DNA from: Chitinophaga pinensis
Lineage (GTDB): Bacteria; Bacteroidota; Bacteroidia; Chitinophagales; Chitinophagaceae
Reading direction: 5' to 3'
NCBI GenBank assembly: GCA_945872085.1
Contig: CAMBYG010000001.1
Span: forward strand, 34,297 to 98,296
DNA: 64,000 nt
Shown here: piece by piece, positions 19,776 to 30,430 of the stretch
How positions within the stretch are numbered: the first letter of the stretch is position 1
Layout: every line of letters starts with the position of its first letter
Notes under the pieces: generated by a model
Seen by the model: the letters and a program-made list of their open reading frames with translations, nothing else
Databases searched by the model: none
Told to the model about the DNA's origin: nothing
Position numbers and translations under genes: made by a program

Positions 19776-20475
19776 CTTTTTTAGCTTGCTGCATAATTAC
19801 AATTGTACCTAGCAATAAGGTATAGCCATAAAAAACATCTTCAAAAGGTATTGTATAAATTCTTATTCCCAAGTTTTCGGCATCATTATATAGCACCACC
19901 GGTATTGAGGTCAACAGTCCATTTACTAATAAAAAGGGAATTAATGATAGCAGAAAGGAATAAAGAAAAATTCGCAAATTAAATTGTGTTAACTTATTTC
20001 TTATGAAGTATAAGTAGCAATTGACAGCACCCGCTAATAACATTGTAGCAGCCGTATAATATCGATCATAAAAAATAATTCCAACAATAAATAGTATTAA
20101 TCCACTAGCAAAAAAAAGAGCCCACAACAATTTGTCTGCTTGCTTAACAGGAAAATAGGCTGCAATACACTTGTATATAAACGCACATGCATAAGGTACT
20201 ACAAGAAAAAACAACCATTCTTCTATAGGCAATCCTCCGAAACGAAAAGAGAGTGTATAGCGAGCATTAAAACTCCAAACGCCTAAATACGTAAATAAAA
20301 TATCCCAGCAAACATACACCGAACCTACCCATAGAATACCTACAAACAGTGATTTCCAATACGTATAAAAATGCACTTTTTTATCAAAGCTTAATAAGAA
20401 AGGGAATAAAATAGTTAATACATCTATTGCCAAGTAGGTATAATTTCCCATGCTGCTAGTCATTACAATTTCCAA
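19765..20475 (-). CDS. Lycopene cyclase domain protein (fused CrtYc/CrtYd type)
   Basis: 236 aa polytopic membrane protein with two repeated halves containing the PxEE/W motif (PIEEWLFF, IPFEDVFY). The start could instead be the ATG at 20463 (a TAATG overlap with the crtZ stop). Confidence 0.7.
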   Translation of the reverse strand: MEIVMTSSMGNYTYLAIDVLTILFPFLLSFDKKVHFYTYWKSLFVGILWVGSVYVCWDILFTYLGVWSFNARYTLSFRFGGLPIEEWLFFLVVPYACAFIYKCIAAYFPVKQADKLLWALFFASGLILFIVGIIFYDRYYTAATMLLAGAVNCYLYFIRNKLTQFNLRIFLYSFLLSLIPFLLVNGLLTSIPVVLYNDAENLGIRIYTIPFEDVFYGYTLLLGTIVIMQQAKKAKR

Positions 20476-20906
20476 TATTTTTTGGCTACTATCAACATGC
20501 CAAAAGATTCGCCATGTTCTTTTTCTAAATGCTTATGATGCATTTTATGTGCCCATCTCCAGGTACGAATAAACTTATTATTAGATCTCGTAAACCATTT
20601 AAATCGCTGATGAATAATTACATCATGAACAATAAAATAAGTGAAGCCATAAATTAAAATACCAAAGCCAATGGCAACCACCAACGGCGCTCCATGCATA
20701 GCTCCCAACATAATACATAGCCAACTAGGTATAGCAAAAATCAAAAAGAACGCGTCGTTTTTTTGAAAAGGAGTATAGCCGCCTCTATGGTGATCTTCGT
20801 GAAGGTGCCACAGAAAGCCATGCATAAGAAACTTGTGGGCCAACCAAGCTACAGCTTCCATTCCTAAAAATGAAAATAGTACAACTAAAACAAACAGGAT
20901 ACTCAT
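20463..20906 (-). CDS. crtZ: Beta-carotene hydroxylase
   Basis: His boxes HEDHH, HDVIIHQRF and HKMHHKH. The ATG at 20906 forms an ATGA overlap with the upstream gene, so the ORF-track N-terminal extension is rejected. Confidence 0.85.
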   Translation of the reverse strand: MSILFVLVVLFSFLGMEAVAWLAHKFLMHGFLWHLHEDHHRGGYTPFQKNDAFFLIFAIPSWLCIMLGAMHGAPLVVAIGFGILIYGFTYFIVHDVIIHQRFKWFTRSNNKFIRTWRWAHKMHHKHLEKEHGESFGMLIVAKKYWKL

Positions 20907-21523
20907 ATATGTGATTGAATAATTGCAAAAAACAGCAACTGAATTAATAACAGATTCACGGCAAATTGGTTGAATTGATACTTTAAAAATTGCCATAAAA
21001 TAGCCAACAATAAACTAATCAACCACCAACTTACATAATTACTTAAGGGCACACCAGCCTGAAACCAATGCCAGTAGTGTAGCTTAATAGCTGCTGGTTC
21101 CATAACCCAATCAAAAAAAGTAGCAATTGTAGCCGCCGATAAGGGTGCGAGTATTTTATTAGCCGTAAATGCTTGAGCTAAAGAAGCACTAGCATAAAGT
21201 ACAAAAACCCAATTAAATGCGATTAATAGCGGCACCTGTTGCCAAGACAAACCCAACACCGTAGTGTAGGCATAATGGCCAAATAAAATAGACTTATGTA
21301 CACCCAGCCATTCTACAGCAAAACCAACTGGAAAAACAAGTAGTATCCATTTCCAGATATGCTTATGTTGCGCCGCTACAGCCACAACAAAAAATAGCAT
21401 CATTAATAGCAAATGCCAAGGTGTGGTAAGCTGCATAATTGCAGGCTTGTAAAATAAAATACCTACAAATCCTATGATATGAAATAGGACAGCAATAAGG
21501 GTTAAGTTTTTTGTTGCAAACAT
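20903..21523 (-). CDS. Carotenoid biosynthesis membrane protein (PF04240-like)
   Basis: 206 aa polytopic membrane protein, translationally coupled to crtZ. The family call is by resemblance only. Confidence 0.55.
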   Translation of the reverse strand: MFATKNLTLIAVLFHIIGFVGILFYKPAIMQLTTPWHLLLMMLFFVVAVAAQHKHIWKWILLVFPVGFAVEWLGVHKSILFGHYAYTTVLGLSWQQVPLLIAFNWVFVLYASASLAQAFTANKILAPLSAATIATFFDWVMEPAAIKLHYWHWFQAGVPLSNYVSWWLISLLLAILWQFLKYQFNQFAVNLLLIQLLFFAIIQSHI

Positions 21524-21532
21524 AGTTTAATA

Positions 21533-22294
21533 TTATTGGGTATGCCAAACCCACTCTGCTTCTCCATGCTTTAACTGCACTAAGGAGCCATCGGATTTGG
21601 TTACGATCAAATCACCATTTTCATTAACTCCTTCTATTAAAGCTTCCCAAACAATATCATCACTATAGAATTTTTGTAGTTGCGCTTTTTTATATAAAAG
21701 GGTATGGTAAAAATTATTGATTTCTTCTTCCTTAAAAGTAGTAATTAGTTTTAATATAGTCGCATAAAGTTCGATCATTAAATCATTAATATCATTGGGT
21801 TTGCTCCCTTCATGGAATAAAGAACCCGCATGGGGTAAATCTACCATAGGCCCCTCCTGAAAAACATTAATTCCTATGCCAATCACCGAATACACCCATT
21901 GTTGCCCACGAATAACATTCTCAATCAATATTCCCCCTGCCTTTTTGTCATTACAAATAATATCATTGGGCCATTTTATAGCACAGCTAAGCGCCGGGTA
22001 AAAACTGTGAATGGCTTGCACAACCGCCACTGCTACTGCTTTATTAAAAACAATCATTTTTGATAAAGCCAAATTGGGCTCCACTATAATGGACATGGAT
22101 AAACTCTTATCTTTTGTTGCTGTCCATACTTTAGATCGTTGCCCTTTGCCATTCAATTGATGTCGGGCACTAACAATTTGTCCATTTTGCGCCTTATCGT
22201 CATCAATTAAGCGCATGGCATAATTATTGGTACTATCTACTTCATCTAGGTGTATGTGTAGATTATTAAACAGGTCTTTAACGTTTATTGACAA
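21533..22294 (-). CDS. birA: Biotin-[acetyl-CoA-carboxylase] ligase (class I, no HTH)
   Basis: GKGQRSKVW biotin-loop motif and KWPNDI; 253 aa. Confidence 0.9.
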   Translation of the reverse strand: MSINVKDLFNNLHIHLDEVDSTNNYAMRLIDDDKAQNGQIVSARHQLNGKGQRSKVWTATKDKSLSMSIIVEPNLALSKMIVFNKAVAVAVVQAIHSFYPALSCAIKWPNDIICNDKKAGGILIENVIRGQQWVYSVIGIGINVFQEGPMVDLPHAGSLFHEGSKPNDINDLMIELYATILKLITTFKEEEINNFYHTLLYKKAQLQKFYSDDIVWEALIEGVNENGDLIVTKSDGSLVQLKHGEAEWVWHTQ

Positions 22295-22366
22295 AAGATT
22301 TGCTAATTTTGAAAGATATATAAACTATAGATTGTAGAAATATAAAAAACAAATTTAACTAATTAA

Positions 22367-22747
22367 ATGATTGAATCTACCAAGCAAACAAAATCGAATC
22401 GACTTAGTCGATCGAGCAAGTTATTTAAAACGATTATTAGCGCCATAGAAGAAAAAAAAGGGAATAACATAGTTTCCTTAGACTTAAAAAAAATAGACGA
22501 AGCTGTTGCTGATTTTTTTATCATTTGTGATGTGCAATCTCATACACAAATGAGTGCTATTTTGACCAACATTGAAAAACGCACAGCCGAAGAATGCGAT
22601 GAAAAACCTTATCACAGATCAGAAAGTAACGAATGGTCGTTGAGTGATTATATCAATATTGTAATTCATGTTTTTGAAGAAAGCCAACGTAAATTCTATG
22701 ATATAGAAGGCCTTTGGATGGATGCAGACAGAAAAGAACACAACTAA
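22367..22747 (+). CDS. rsfS: Ribosome silencing factor RsfS
   Basis: 126 aa. DFFIICDVQS...W.L.DY..IVIHVF....R.FYDIEGLW pattern. Confidence 0.9.
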   Translation: MIESTKQTKSNRLSRSSKLFKTIISAIEEKKGNNIVSLDLKKIDEAVADFFIICDVQSHTQMSAILTNIEKRTAEECDEKPYHRSESNEWSLSDYINIVIHVFEESQRKFYDIEGLWMDADRKEHN

Positions 22748-22767
22748 AAAGTAAACGAAATTTCAAA

Positions 22768-24741
22768 ATGGAAAATCAACAAAAAAATAAATTACCCAAT
22801 TTCAAACCTTCAAAAGGCCCTAAATTCAATATTTTCTGGATGTATGGCATTATCATTGCGGTAATCATAGGACTTAATATTTGGAATGGCGGCGTTGGTG
22901 GCAATTCGGTAGAATATACCTTTCAAATATTTAAAACCCAGTTTTTAGATAGTAATAAAGTAGACAAAATATATGTGTATAATAAATCTGAAGTAGAAGT
23001 ACACGTTAAAAAAGGATACAAACCTGCTATCATTAATTTCGAAATTGGATCGGTAGAGCAATTTGAAAAAATGCTCGATGCTGCTCAAGCAAATAAAAGT
23101 GAGCAAGATAAAATCACTCCCATATTTGCTGAACGTGGCAATTTATTGAGAAGTATCGGCGAGTTTATCATTCCAGCTTTACTCATGATTGGCCTTTTTG
23201 TTTTGTTTATGCGCAAAATGGGTGGCGGTGCTCAAGGTGGTGGCGCAGGTGGCATTTTTAACATCGGTAAATCAAAAGCGCAATTATTTGAGAAAGGAAC
23301 AAAAGTGAATATCACCTTTAATGATGTAGCAGGATTGGACGAAGCGAAAGTTGAAGTTATGGAAATCGTCGATTTCCTTAAGAACCCTAAGAAATATACT
23401 GCATTAGGCGGAAAAATACCTAAAGGTGCTTTATTAGTGGGACCTCCGGGAACGGGTAAAACCCTTTTGGCAAAAGCCGTAGCGGGAGAAGCACAAGTAC
23501 CCTTCTTTTCTATGTCTGGATCTGATTTCGTGGAGATGTTTGTAGGTGTGGGCGCAAGTAGAGTGCGTGATTTATTTAAACAAGCAAGAGAAAAATCGCC
23601 TTGCATTGTTTTTATCGATGAGATTGACGCTATAGGTAGAGCTCGTGGGAAAAATATGATGATGAGTAATGATGAGCGTGAAAACACCTTAAATCAATTA
23701 CTCGTTGAAATGGATGGCTTTAGTGGCGATAGTGGCATTATTGTTTTAGCAGCTACGAACAGACCCGATGTTTTAGATGCCGCTTTATTACGCCCAGGTC
23801 GTTTTGATAGACAAATATCTATAGATGTACCCGATTTAGCTGGCCGCGAAGCAATTTTCAAAGTGCACTTGAAAGGATTGAAAACCAATGAAAATCTTGA
23901 TATTAAAAAATTAGCATCACAAACTCCTGGTTTTGCAGGGGCAGATATTGCAAATATTTGCAACGAAGCCGCATTGATTGCTGCAAGAAAAGGTAAAGAT
24001 CATGTAGATCTAGACGACTTTAACGATGCCGTTGACAGAGTTATTGGTGGATTGGAAAAGAAAAATAAAATCATTTCACCCGACGAGAAAAATGTCATTG
24101 CCTACCATGAAGCAGGCCATGCCGTAGCTGGTTGGTTCTTAGAGCATGCTTACCCATTAGTAAAAGTAACTATTGTTCCAAGAGGCGATGCAGCTTTGGG
24201 TTACGCTCAATATTTACCTAAAGAAAAATACCTTACTATCAAAGAAGAAATTTTAGATAGAATGTGTATGGCCTTAGGTGGAAGAGCAGTAGAAGAATTG
24301 ATGTTCAATAAAATTAGTACGGGCGCATTAAGCGATTTGCAATCGGTAACCAAAATGGCTTATGCTATGGTATCGGTTTATGGCATGAATGATAAGATTG
24401 GCAACATTTCTTTCTACGATCCTAATAATGAAAATTCTTTCTCTAAACCTTATTCCGAAGAAACTGGGAAAATGATTGATGATGAAGTTCGAATTTTAGT
24501 AGACACGTCGTACAAAAGAGTAAAACAATTATTACAAGATAAATTTGATGCGGTTAAAATCATTGCAGAAGAACTCTTGAAAAAAGAAGTTTTATTTAAA
24601 GACGACTTAGAAGTATTGATTGGCAAAAGACCTTTTCAAGAAGATAGCGAAGCACCAAAAGAAGTATCGGGAATAGCTCAAGTAACAGCAACAACAACTT
24701 TGGTAGCTGAAGAAACAGCCCCAACTACAACAGAAGCTTAA
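22768..24741 (+). CDS. ftsH: ATP-dependent zinc metalloprotease FtsH
   Basis: Walker A GPPGTGKT, second region of homology, and zinc motif HEAGHA. The ATG at 22768 is preferred, because the track start at 22714 overlaps rsfS. Confidence 0.95.
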   Translation: MENQQKNKLPNFKPSKGPKFNIFWMYGIIIAVIIGLNIWNGGVGGNSVEYTFQIFKTQFLDSNKVDKIYVYNKSEVEVHVKKGYKPAIINFEIGSVEQFEKMLDAAQANKSEQDKITPIFAERGNLLRSIGEFIIPALLMIGLFVLFMRKMGGGAQGGGAGGIFNIGKSKAQLFEKGTKVNITFNDVAGLDEAKVEVMEIVDFLKNPKKYTALGGKIPKGALLVGPPGTGKTLLAKAVAGEAQVPFFSMSGSDFVEMFVGVGASRVRDLFKQAREKSPCIVFIDEIDAIGRARGKNMMMSNDERENTLNQLLVEMDGFSGDSGIIVLAATNRPDVLDAALLRPGRFDRQISIDVPDLAGREAIFKVHLKGLKTNENLDIKKLASQTPGFAGADIANICNEAALIAARKGKDHVDLDDFNDAVDRVIGGLEKKNKIISPDEKNVIAYHEAGHAVAGWFLEHAYPLVKVTIVPRGDAALGYAQYLPKEKYLTIKEEILDRMCMALGGRAVEELMFNKISTGALSDLQSVTKMAYAMVSVYGMNDKIGNISFYDPNNENSFSKPYSEETGKMIDDEVRILVDTSYKRVKQLLQDKFDAVKIIAEELLKKEVLFKDDLEVLIGKRPFQEDSEAPKEVSGIAQVTATTTLVAEETAPTTTEA

Positions 24742-24751
24742 TACACTAAAT

Positions 24752-24787
24752 AAGCGATGCTTATTAGGCATCGCTTTTATTTTTTGA
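24752..24787 (+). terminator. Terminator after ftsH
   Basis: AGCGATGC ... GCATCGCT stem followed by a T-run. Confidence 0.8.
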
Positions 24788-24788
24788 T

Positions 24789-25448
24789 ATGGAAACATAC
24801 ACTACATCTAGAGGACGAGAAAATATTTTAAGAAATATTAGAAAAGGTTTACATGCCTACCGCGCACCAATGCCTTTTCCAGAATCAGATAAAATAAACT
24901 TGCAAGACGCGCTTGCATATACCAATGTAAGTGTAGATGAATTATTTGCAACCGAATTTATTCAGTTAGGTGGTAAATTTATTTATTGTGCCAACGAAGC
25001 AGAAATGCATGCGAATATTATCCAACTTATTGATCAACAAAATTGGAATCAAGTACTTTCATCAGATGACAACACCTTAAATCAAGTGAATGCATTAAGT
25101 CCGCAAGCTATTGCTACAATGACACCAGACAATAGCACTGCCGACGCTTGTATTACCTTATGCGATTGTGCCGTAGCAAGAACAGGGTCCTTTATTTTCT
25201 CTAGTAAACAAAGCATGGGAAGAACGGCGCCTGTTTTTTATCCAGCACATATTGTAGTATTGTATTCCGATCAAATTGTTCTTGACATTCAACATGCTAT
25301 AGATTATGTAAAAGAACACAATCCAGATGGATTGCCTTCTATGATTAATTTAAATACTGGACCTAGCAGAACTGCTGATATTGAAAAAACCTTAGTAGTT
25401 GGCGTGCATGGACCCAAGGAAGTGTATTGTTTATTTGTTCAACGATAA
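24789..25448 (+). CDS. LUD-domain (LutC/YkgG-like) protein
   Basis: 219 aa with N-terminal ILRNIRKGL and a C-terminal ...TGPSRTADIE... pattern. Confidence 0.7.
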   Translation: METYTTSRGRENILRNIRKGLHAYRAPMPFPESDKINLQDALAYTNVSVDELFATEFIQLGGKFIYCANEAEMHANIIQLIDQQNWNQVLSSDDNTLNQVNALSPQAIATMTPDNSTADACITLCDCAVARTGSFIFSSKQSMGRTAPVFYPAHIVVLYSDQIVLDIQHAIDYVKEHNPDGLPSMINLNTGPSRTADIEKTLVVGVHGPKEVYCLFVQR

Positions 25449-25463
25449 TTCCTAAAAATAAAA

Positions 25464-27104
25464 ATGAACCAGCCCTTTGAAGTAAGCGGACAATTAATAG
25501 ATTTATTTTCCCGCACAATAAAAGCGGCAAAAATTACGGTGCTTCATAATCGCATTCATTCCATCACCGAGCTCAAAAATGCACCCAACAATTATATCCT
25601 TCCGGGTTTTATAGACGCACATATTCATATAGAAAGTTCGATGCTAACCCCTAGCTCTTTTGGAGCAATAGCGGTAAAGCATGGCACGGTAGCAACGGTA
25701 TCCGATCCGCATGAAATTGCCAATGTATGTGGCATTGAAGGGGTTGATTACATGATAGCAAACAGCCGACAAAGCCCTTTTAATATTTTTTTTGGCGCCC
25801 CCTCTTGTGTGCCCGCAACAGCTTTTGAAACTGCTGGCGCTTGCATTGATGCTAAAGATATTGAGCAGTTGATGCAACGACCAGAAATATTTTATCTTAC
25901 CGAAATGATGAATTACCCTGGCGTCTTACACAAAGACCCAGAAGTAATGCGAAAAATAGAAGCTGCTCGCAAACTAAAAAAACCAATTGATGGCCATGCA
26001 CCGGGCCTAAGAGGCGCAATGGCAGAAGCCTATATCCATGCCGGCATAAGCACGGATCATGAATGCACAACGCTCGATGAAGCCTTAGAAAAAATAAACT
26101 TGGGCATGAACATTCTCATTCGGGAAGGAAGCGCAGCTAAAAATTTCAATGCTTTACATAGTTTAATGGAAAGTCACCCTGAAATGCTTATGTTTTGTAG
26201 CGACGACAAACATCCTGATGAATTAATAAGGGGCCATATCAATGAACTGGTTCAGCGCGCTATTGATTTAGGGTACAATATTTATGATGTATTAATAGCA
26301 GCCTGTATCAATCCAATAAAACATTATCAATTACCGATGGGCATGTTGCGAATTGGTGATCCTGCCGATTTTATTATTACTAATGATTTATCTTTTCATA
26401 GTATAAAAGCAACGTATTTAAAAGGACAACAAGTTGCAGCAAATGGCCATTCATTTATAGAAATCCCTACACAGCAAATCATCAATAATTTTAAAGCACA
26501 GCCTTATCAAGTTAGCGATTTTGCTATTGAAGCGCATACTACTACAAAGCAAATAAGAGTTATAGAAGCCATAGAAGGACAACTTATTACTCAATCTAGC
26601 CTTCACGATGCGCATATACAAAACGGCTATATTGAAAGTGATTTAGACCAAGATGTATTAAAAATGGTTGTAGTCAACCGATATACCGTACATACCAAAC
26701 CAGCTATCGCCTTTATTAAAAATTTCAATCTAAAAGAAGGCGCCATTGCAAGTACTGTAGGTCACGATTGCCACAACATTATAGCCGTTGGTGTAGACGA
26801 TGAAAGTATTTGCAAAGCAGTAAATCTTATCATTGAACAGCAAGGTGGCATTGCAGTAGTAAATAAAAAGGAAACACATATTTTGCCTTTACCTATTGCG
26901 GGCTTAATGAGTACAAAAGAGGGCGCTGCATTAGCGCAAGATTATATCGAAATTGATGCAGCCGCAAAAAAATTAGGTACTACCTTAAAAGCTCCTTTTA
27001 TGACCTTGTCATTTATGGCTTTATTAGTAATACCTAATCTAAAATTAAGTGATAAAGGTTTATTTGATGGCGCTGCATTTACTTTTACGCCCTTACAATT
27101 ATAA
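25464..27104 (+). CDS. ade: Adenine deaminase
   Basis: 546 aa amidohydrolase with metal motif PGFIDAHIHIESS and the typical two-domain length. Confidence 0.85.
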   Translation: MNQPFEVSGQLIDLFSRTIKAAKITVLHNRIHSITELKNAPNNYILPGFIDAHIHIESSMLTPSSFGAIAVKHGTVATVSDPHEIANVCGIEGVDYMIANSRQSPFNIFFGAPSCVPATAFETAGACIDAKDIEQLMQRPEIFYLTEMMNYPGVLHKDPEVMRKIEAARKLKKPIDGHAPGLRGAMAEAYIHAGISTDHECTTLDEALEKINLGMNILIREGSAAKNFNALHSLMESHPEMLMFCSDDKHPDELIRGHINELVQRAIDLGYNIYDVLIAACINPIKHYQLPMGMLRIGDPADFIITNDLSFHSIKATYLKGQQVAANGHSFIEIPTQQIINNFKAQPYQVSDFAIEAHTTTKQIRVIEAIEGQLITQSSLHDAHIQNGYIESDLDQDVLKMVVVNRYTVHTKPAIAFIKNFNLKEGAIASTVGHDCHNIIAVGVDDESICKAVNLIIEQQGGIAVVNKKETHILPLPIAGLMSTKEGAALAQDYIEIDAAAKKLGTTLKAPFMTLSFMALLVIPNLKLSDKGLFDGAAFTFTPLQL

Positions 27105-28292
27105 TGCCTTATAAGCTTTCAATCCTTCTTCTAAACAATCCATTGCAGCATTAATAGCATCTAGATTTAAGACATATGCCAAGCGTACTTCATCTTTCCC
27201 TTGTCCAGGTGTAGCATAAAATCCTGCAGCAGGAGCCATCATTAGGGTAGCATTTTGATATGAAAAATGTTCTAGCAACCATTGACAAAATACTTCAGTA
27301 TCGGCCACAGGTAATTTAGCCATTGCATAAAATGCGCCGCCCGGATTAGGGCAGAACACGCCTTCCATAGCATTCAATCGTTGCACCAACAAATCTCTAC
27401 GCTCATTGTAAGCTGCGTGCACGGCATCAAAATAATCAGCAGGCAAATCAACGGCTGCCTCTCCAAGTATTTGAGCAAAGGTAGGCGGACTTAAACGCGC
27501 TTGAGCTAATTTCATTGCAGCGCTCAATACTTGTTCATTCTTAGTTATAAAAGCGCCTATTCTTCCACCACATGCACTATATCGTTTAGAAATGGTATCC
27601 ATCATGATTACATGCTGATCCATACCTTCTAGGGTTAATGCAGAAATATGTTGTCTGCCGTCGTAGCAAAACTCCCGATAGGCTTCATCGCTAAATAAAA
27701 ACAAATCGTGCTTTAAGCAAATATTTTTAAGCACATTCAATTCTTCTAAGCTGTATAAGTAACCCGTTGGATTATTAGGATTACAAATCATAATGGCTTT
27801 TGTTTTGGGCGTAACGGCTTGCTCAAAGGCTTCCATTGATGGCAAGGCAAATCCATTTTCTATAGCCGATGGAATAGGCACAACTTTAACACCCGCAGCA
27901 ATGGCAAAACCATTATAATTGGCATAAAACGGCTCTGGAATAATGATTTCTTCTCCTGCATCTAAACAACTCATGATACCAAACGAAATAGCTTCAGAGC
28001 CACCCGTAGTTACAATAATTTGATTTTCGTTTACATGGATATTATTTCTTTGATAATAGGTAACCAGTTTTTTTCTGTACGATTCAAAACCGGCACTATG
28101 ACTATATTCCAATACTTTCATGTCTACATTTCTTACCGCATCTAAAATAGCTTTAGGCGTTTCTATGTCTGGCTGACCAATATTTAAGTGATATACTTTT
28201 ACGCCTCTTTTTTTTGCAGCTTCTGCAAAGGGCACTAATTTTCTGATTGGAGAAGGTGGCATAGCTACCCCTCTAGATGATATGTTTGGCAT
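27099..28292 (-). CDS. PLP-dependent aminotransferase, class I/II (aspartate/aromatic type)
   Basis: NPNNPTG and a SKRYSACGGRIG lysine motif; 397 aa. Confidence 0.88.
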   Translation of the reverse strand: MPNISSRGVAMPPSPIRKLVPFAEAAKKRGVKVYHLNIGQPDIETPKAILDAVRNVDMKVLEYSHSAGFESYRKKLVTYYQRNNIHVNENQIIVTTGGSEAISFGIMSCLDAGEEIIIPEPFYANYNGFAIAAGVKVVPIPSAIENGFALPSMEAFEQAVTPKTKAIMICNPNNPTGYLYSLEELNVLKNICLKHDLFLFSDEAYREFCYDGRQHISALTLEGMDQHVIMMDTISKRYSACGGRIGAFITKNEQVLSAAMKLAQARLSPPTFAQILGEAAVDLPADYFDAVHAAYNERRDLLVQRLNAMEGVFCPNPGGAFYAMAKLPVADTEVFCQWLLEHFSYQNATLMMAPAAGFYATPGQGKDEVRLAYVLNLDAINAAMDCLEEGLKAYKAL

Positions 28293-28325
28293 GGCGCAAA
28301 AATAATTTAAAAATTGCTTTAATTA

Positions 28326-28366
28326 AAATAAAAAAGTCAGCAATTGCTTGCTGACTTTTTTTATTA
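28326..28366 (-). terminator. Terminator downstream of the DUF1573 pair
   Basis: 9-bp stem AGTCAGCAA / TTGCTGACT flanked by A/T runs. Confidence 0.8.
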
Positions 28367-28377
28367 GTAGTTATACC

Positions 28378-28824
28378 CTATTTTGCTGGAGCTGCTGCTG
28401 GAGCTGCTTGCGTTACTGTACCTCTGATAAAAATCTCATAACGATCTTTACCTTCTGGTAATTGCGCATTAGATTGGATAAATACAGATTTAAAAATTGG
28501 ACCAGGGCGACCTTGTGTATTGTAATGAACCGTGATTTTAGCTGATTTTCCAGGTAAAATTGGTTCTTTTGGCCATTCTGGAGTAGTGCAGCCACAAGAT
28601 CCGGTTGCATTTTGGATAACCAATGGTTCTTTACCTGCATTTTTAAATTCAAATACATGTTCTGCTACAGGTCCTTCTGGAATGGTACCAAAATCATAAG
28701 TATCTCCCTTATCCTTAAACTGAAATTTAGGTGCATTAGGATTTGCTGCAGTTTTAGCAGCATCTTGAGCGAATGTTACAACAGAAGCTATTGCAAGTCC
28801 GAAAGTTAAAATCAATTGTTTCAT
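28378..28824 (-). CDS. DUF1573 domain protein
   Basis: Signal peptide. Motifs FGTIPEGP, F.FKN.GKEPL.I and SCGCTTPEWPKEPILPGK. Confidence 0.8.
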   Translation of the reverse strand: MKQLILTFGLAIASVVTFAQDAAKTAANPNAPKFQFKDKGDTYDFGTIPEGPVAEHVFEFKNAGKEPLVIQNATGSCGCTTPEWPKEPILPGKSAKITVHYNTQGRPGPIFKSVFIQSNAQLPEGKDRYEIFIRGTVTQAAPAAAPAK

Positions 28825-28844
28825 AGTGGTTTTATTTTTAAGTA

Positions 28845-29312
28845 TTAATTTGTTTTAATCATTGAATTATTTTGTGGCACTGAAGACTCTGGCGCTTTTT
28901 CAACTTCCCCTTTTATAAATAATACCTTAGAACCAGCATTAGATAAAACGGTCAAATTTTTATTGAATGGCCCCGGTCTGCCTTGCGTACCATAAGACGC
29001 TTTAATAACACCTGTTTTGCCAGGTAAAATTGGATCTTTTGTATAAGTAGGTGTAGTACAACCACAAGAAGGCTGAACACGTTGAATAATGATGGGTTCT
29101 TTGCCCGTGTTTTTGAAACTGAATTCAAATTCTGCAGCAGGACCTTCTGGTATAGTACCAAAATCATGTGTATCTACTTTAAAAGCCATATTTTCAGGCA
29201 CTAAAGTAGTTACCGGCGCACCAGGATTAGCCGCTACCTCTTTTTTCTCTTGTGCGAAGCCTTGTGTAGCCAATGCTACTAAACAACTTAAGGAAAGGAT
29301 TAATTTTTTCAT
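28845..29312 (-). CDS. DUF1573 domain protein (tandem paralog)
   Basis: Signal peptide starting at MKKLILSL (ATG at 29312). Same motifs as the neighbour: FGTIPEGP and SCGCTTPTYTKDPILPGK. Confidence 0.8.
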   Translation of the reverse strand: MKKLILSLSCLVALATQGFAQEKKEVAANPGAPVTTLVPENMAFKVDTHDFGTIPEGPAAEFEFSFKNTGKEPIIIQRVQPSCGCTTPTYTKDPILPGKTGVIKASYGTQGRPGPFNKNLTVLSNAGSKVLFIKGEVEKAPESSVPQNNSMIKTN

Positions 29313-29414
29313 ATACCTATAATTTAGACTACAAATATATATTTTCATGGCAAATAATCATACATTTTCCTTGTTAATCCATAGTTAATCGTAAACAATC
29401 GATATTTTTGCGAA

Positions 29415-30416
29415 ATGTTCAAATTCCTAGTTATACAAACTGCTTTTATAGGCGATGCTATTTTAGCAAGTGCTTGTTTAGAGGAATTGCATAAAAGCCA
29501 CCCTACTGCAACTATAGATTTTTTAGTACGAAAGGGCAACGAACAATTGTTTGAAGAGCATCCTTTTCTCAACAAAGTGCTTATTTGGAATAAACAACAG
29601 CATAAACTACATCATTTTTTCAAAACCCTACAAAGCATTCGTAAAGAAAAATATACCCATGTAATAAACTTACATCGCTATACCAGCTCAGGGCTTTTTA
29701 CTGTTTTTTCTGGCGCAAAAGAAACCATCGGGTTTGACAAAAATCCGCTATCCTTTTTATTTACCCAGAAAATCAAACATCGGATTAGTGTCTATGGCGA
29801 TTCGCATTGGGTGCATGAAACGGAGCGTAACCATGAACTAATAGCAGCTATTACCTCTTTAGATGTGCAGCGACCAAAACTATACCCAAGCGAGCAAGAT
29901 TATGCCAAAGTAGCGGCTTACAAAAATCAACCCTATATATGCATAGCGCCTAGTTCGGTATGGTTTACCAAACAATTTCCGGTCGAAAAATGGGTTGCTT
30001 TTGTAAAAACTGTACCTAAACATTATACTATTTACTTATTAGGAGGCAAAGGCGATTATGCATTAGCAGAATCGATTGCGACATCTGCAAAAGATAATTG
30101 CATTAACCTATGCGGTAATTTAAGTTTATTAGAATCTGCAGCACTCATGAAAGATGCTTTTATGAATTATGTAAATGATTCAGGCCCCTTACATATATGC
30201 TCAGCTATGAACGCACCTACTAGAGCCATTTTTTGTTCTACGCAAGCAAATTTTGGGTTTGGCCCCTTAAGTACGAATAGTAAAATCATAAGCTACAAAG
30301 AAAATTTAGCCTGCAAACCTTGCGGATTGCATGGAAAAAAAGAATGTCCTAAAGCACATTTTACTTGCGCATTAGGAATTGATATTAACGAATTAAGCGA
30401 ATGCTTAACAGCATAA
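29415..30416 (+). CDS. Glycosyltransferase family 9 (heptosyltransferase-like)
   Basis: N-terminus QTAFIGDAILASACLEEL, the NDSGPLH motif, and a C-terminal Cys cluster. Confidence 0.85.
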   Translation: MFKFLVIQTAFIGDAILASACLEELHKSHPTATIDFLVRKGNEQLFEEHPFLNKVLIWNKQQHKLHHFFKTLQSIRKEKYTHVINLHRYTSSGLFTVFSGAKETIGFDKNPLSFLFTQKIKHRISVYGDSHWVHETERNHELIAAITSLDVQRPKLYPSEQDYAKVAAYKNQPYICIAPSSVWFTKQFPVEKWVAFVKTVPKHYTIYLLGGKGDYALAESIATSAKDNCINLCGNLSLLESAALMKDAFMNYVNDSGPLHICSAMNAPTRAIFCSTQANFGFGPLSTNSKIISYKENLACKPCGLHGKKECPKAHFTCALGIDINELSECLTA

Positions 30417-30430
30417 AAAGAAGCAATAGC

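Noticed and set aside
20907-20996. 30-aa N-terminal extension of crtZ.
   Set aside because: It overlaps the upstream gene. The ATG at 20906 forms an ATGA coupling and gives a canonical CrtZ length.
22714-22767. N-terminal extension of ftsH from the track start.
   Set aside because: It overlaps the rsfS 3' end. The ATG at 22768 (MENQQKNK..) gives a normal FtsH N-terminus.
23232-23963. 151-aa and 89-aa minus-strand ORFs inside ftsH.
   Set aside because: These are shadow ORFs antisense to a highly conserved AAA+ region, with no independent signals.
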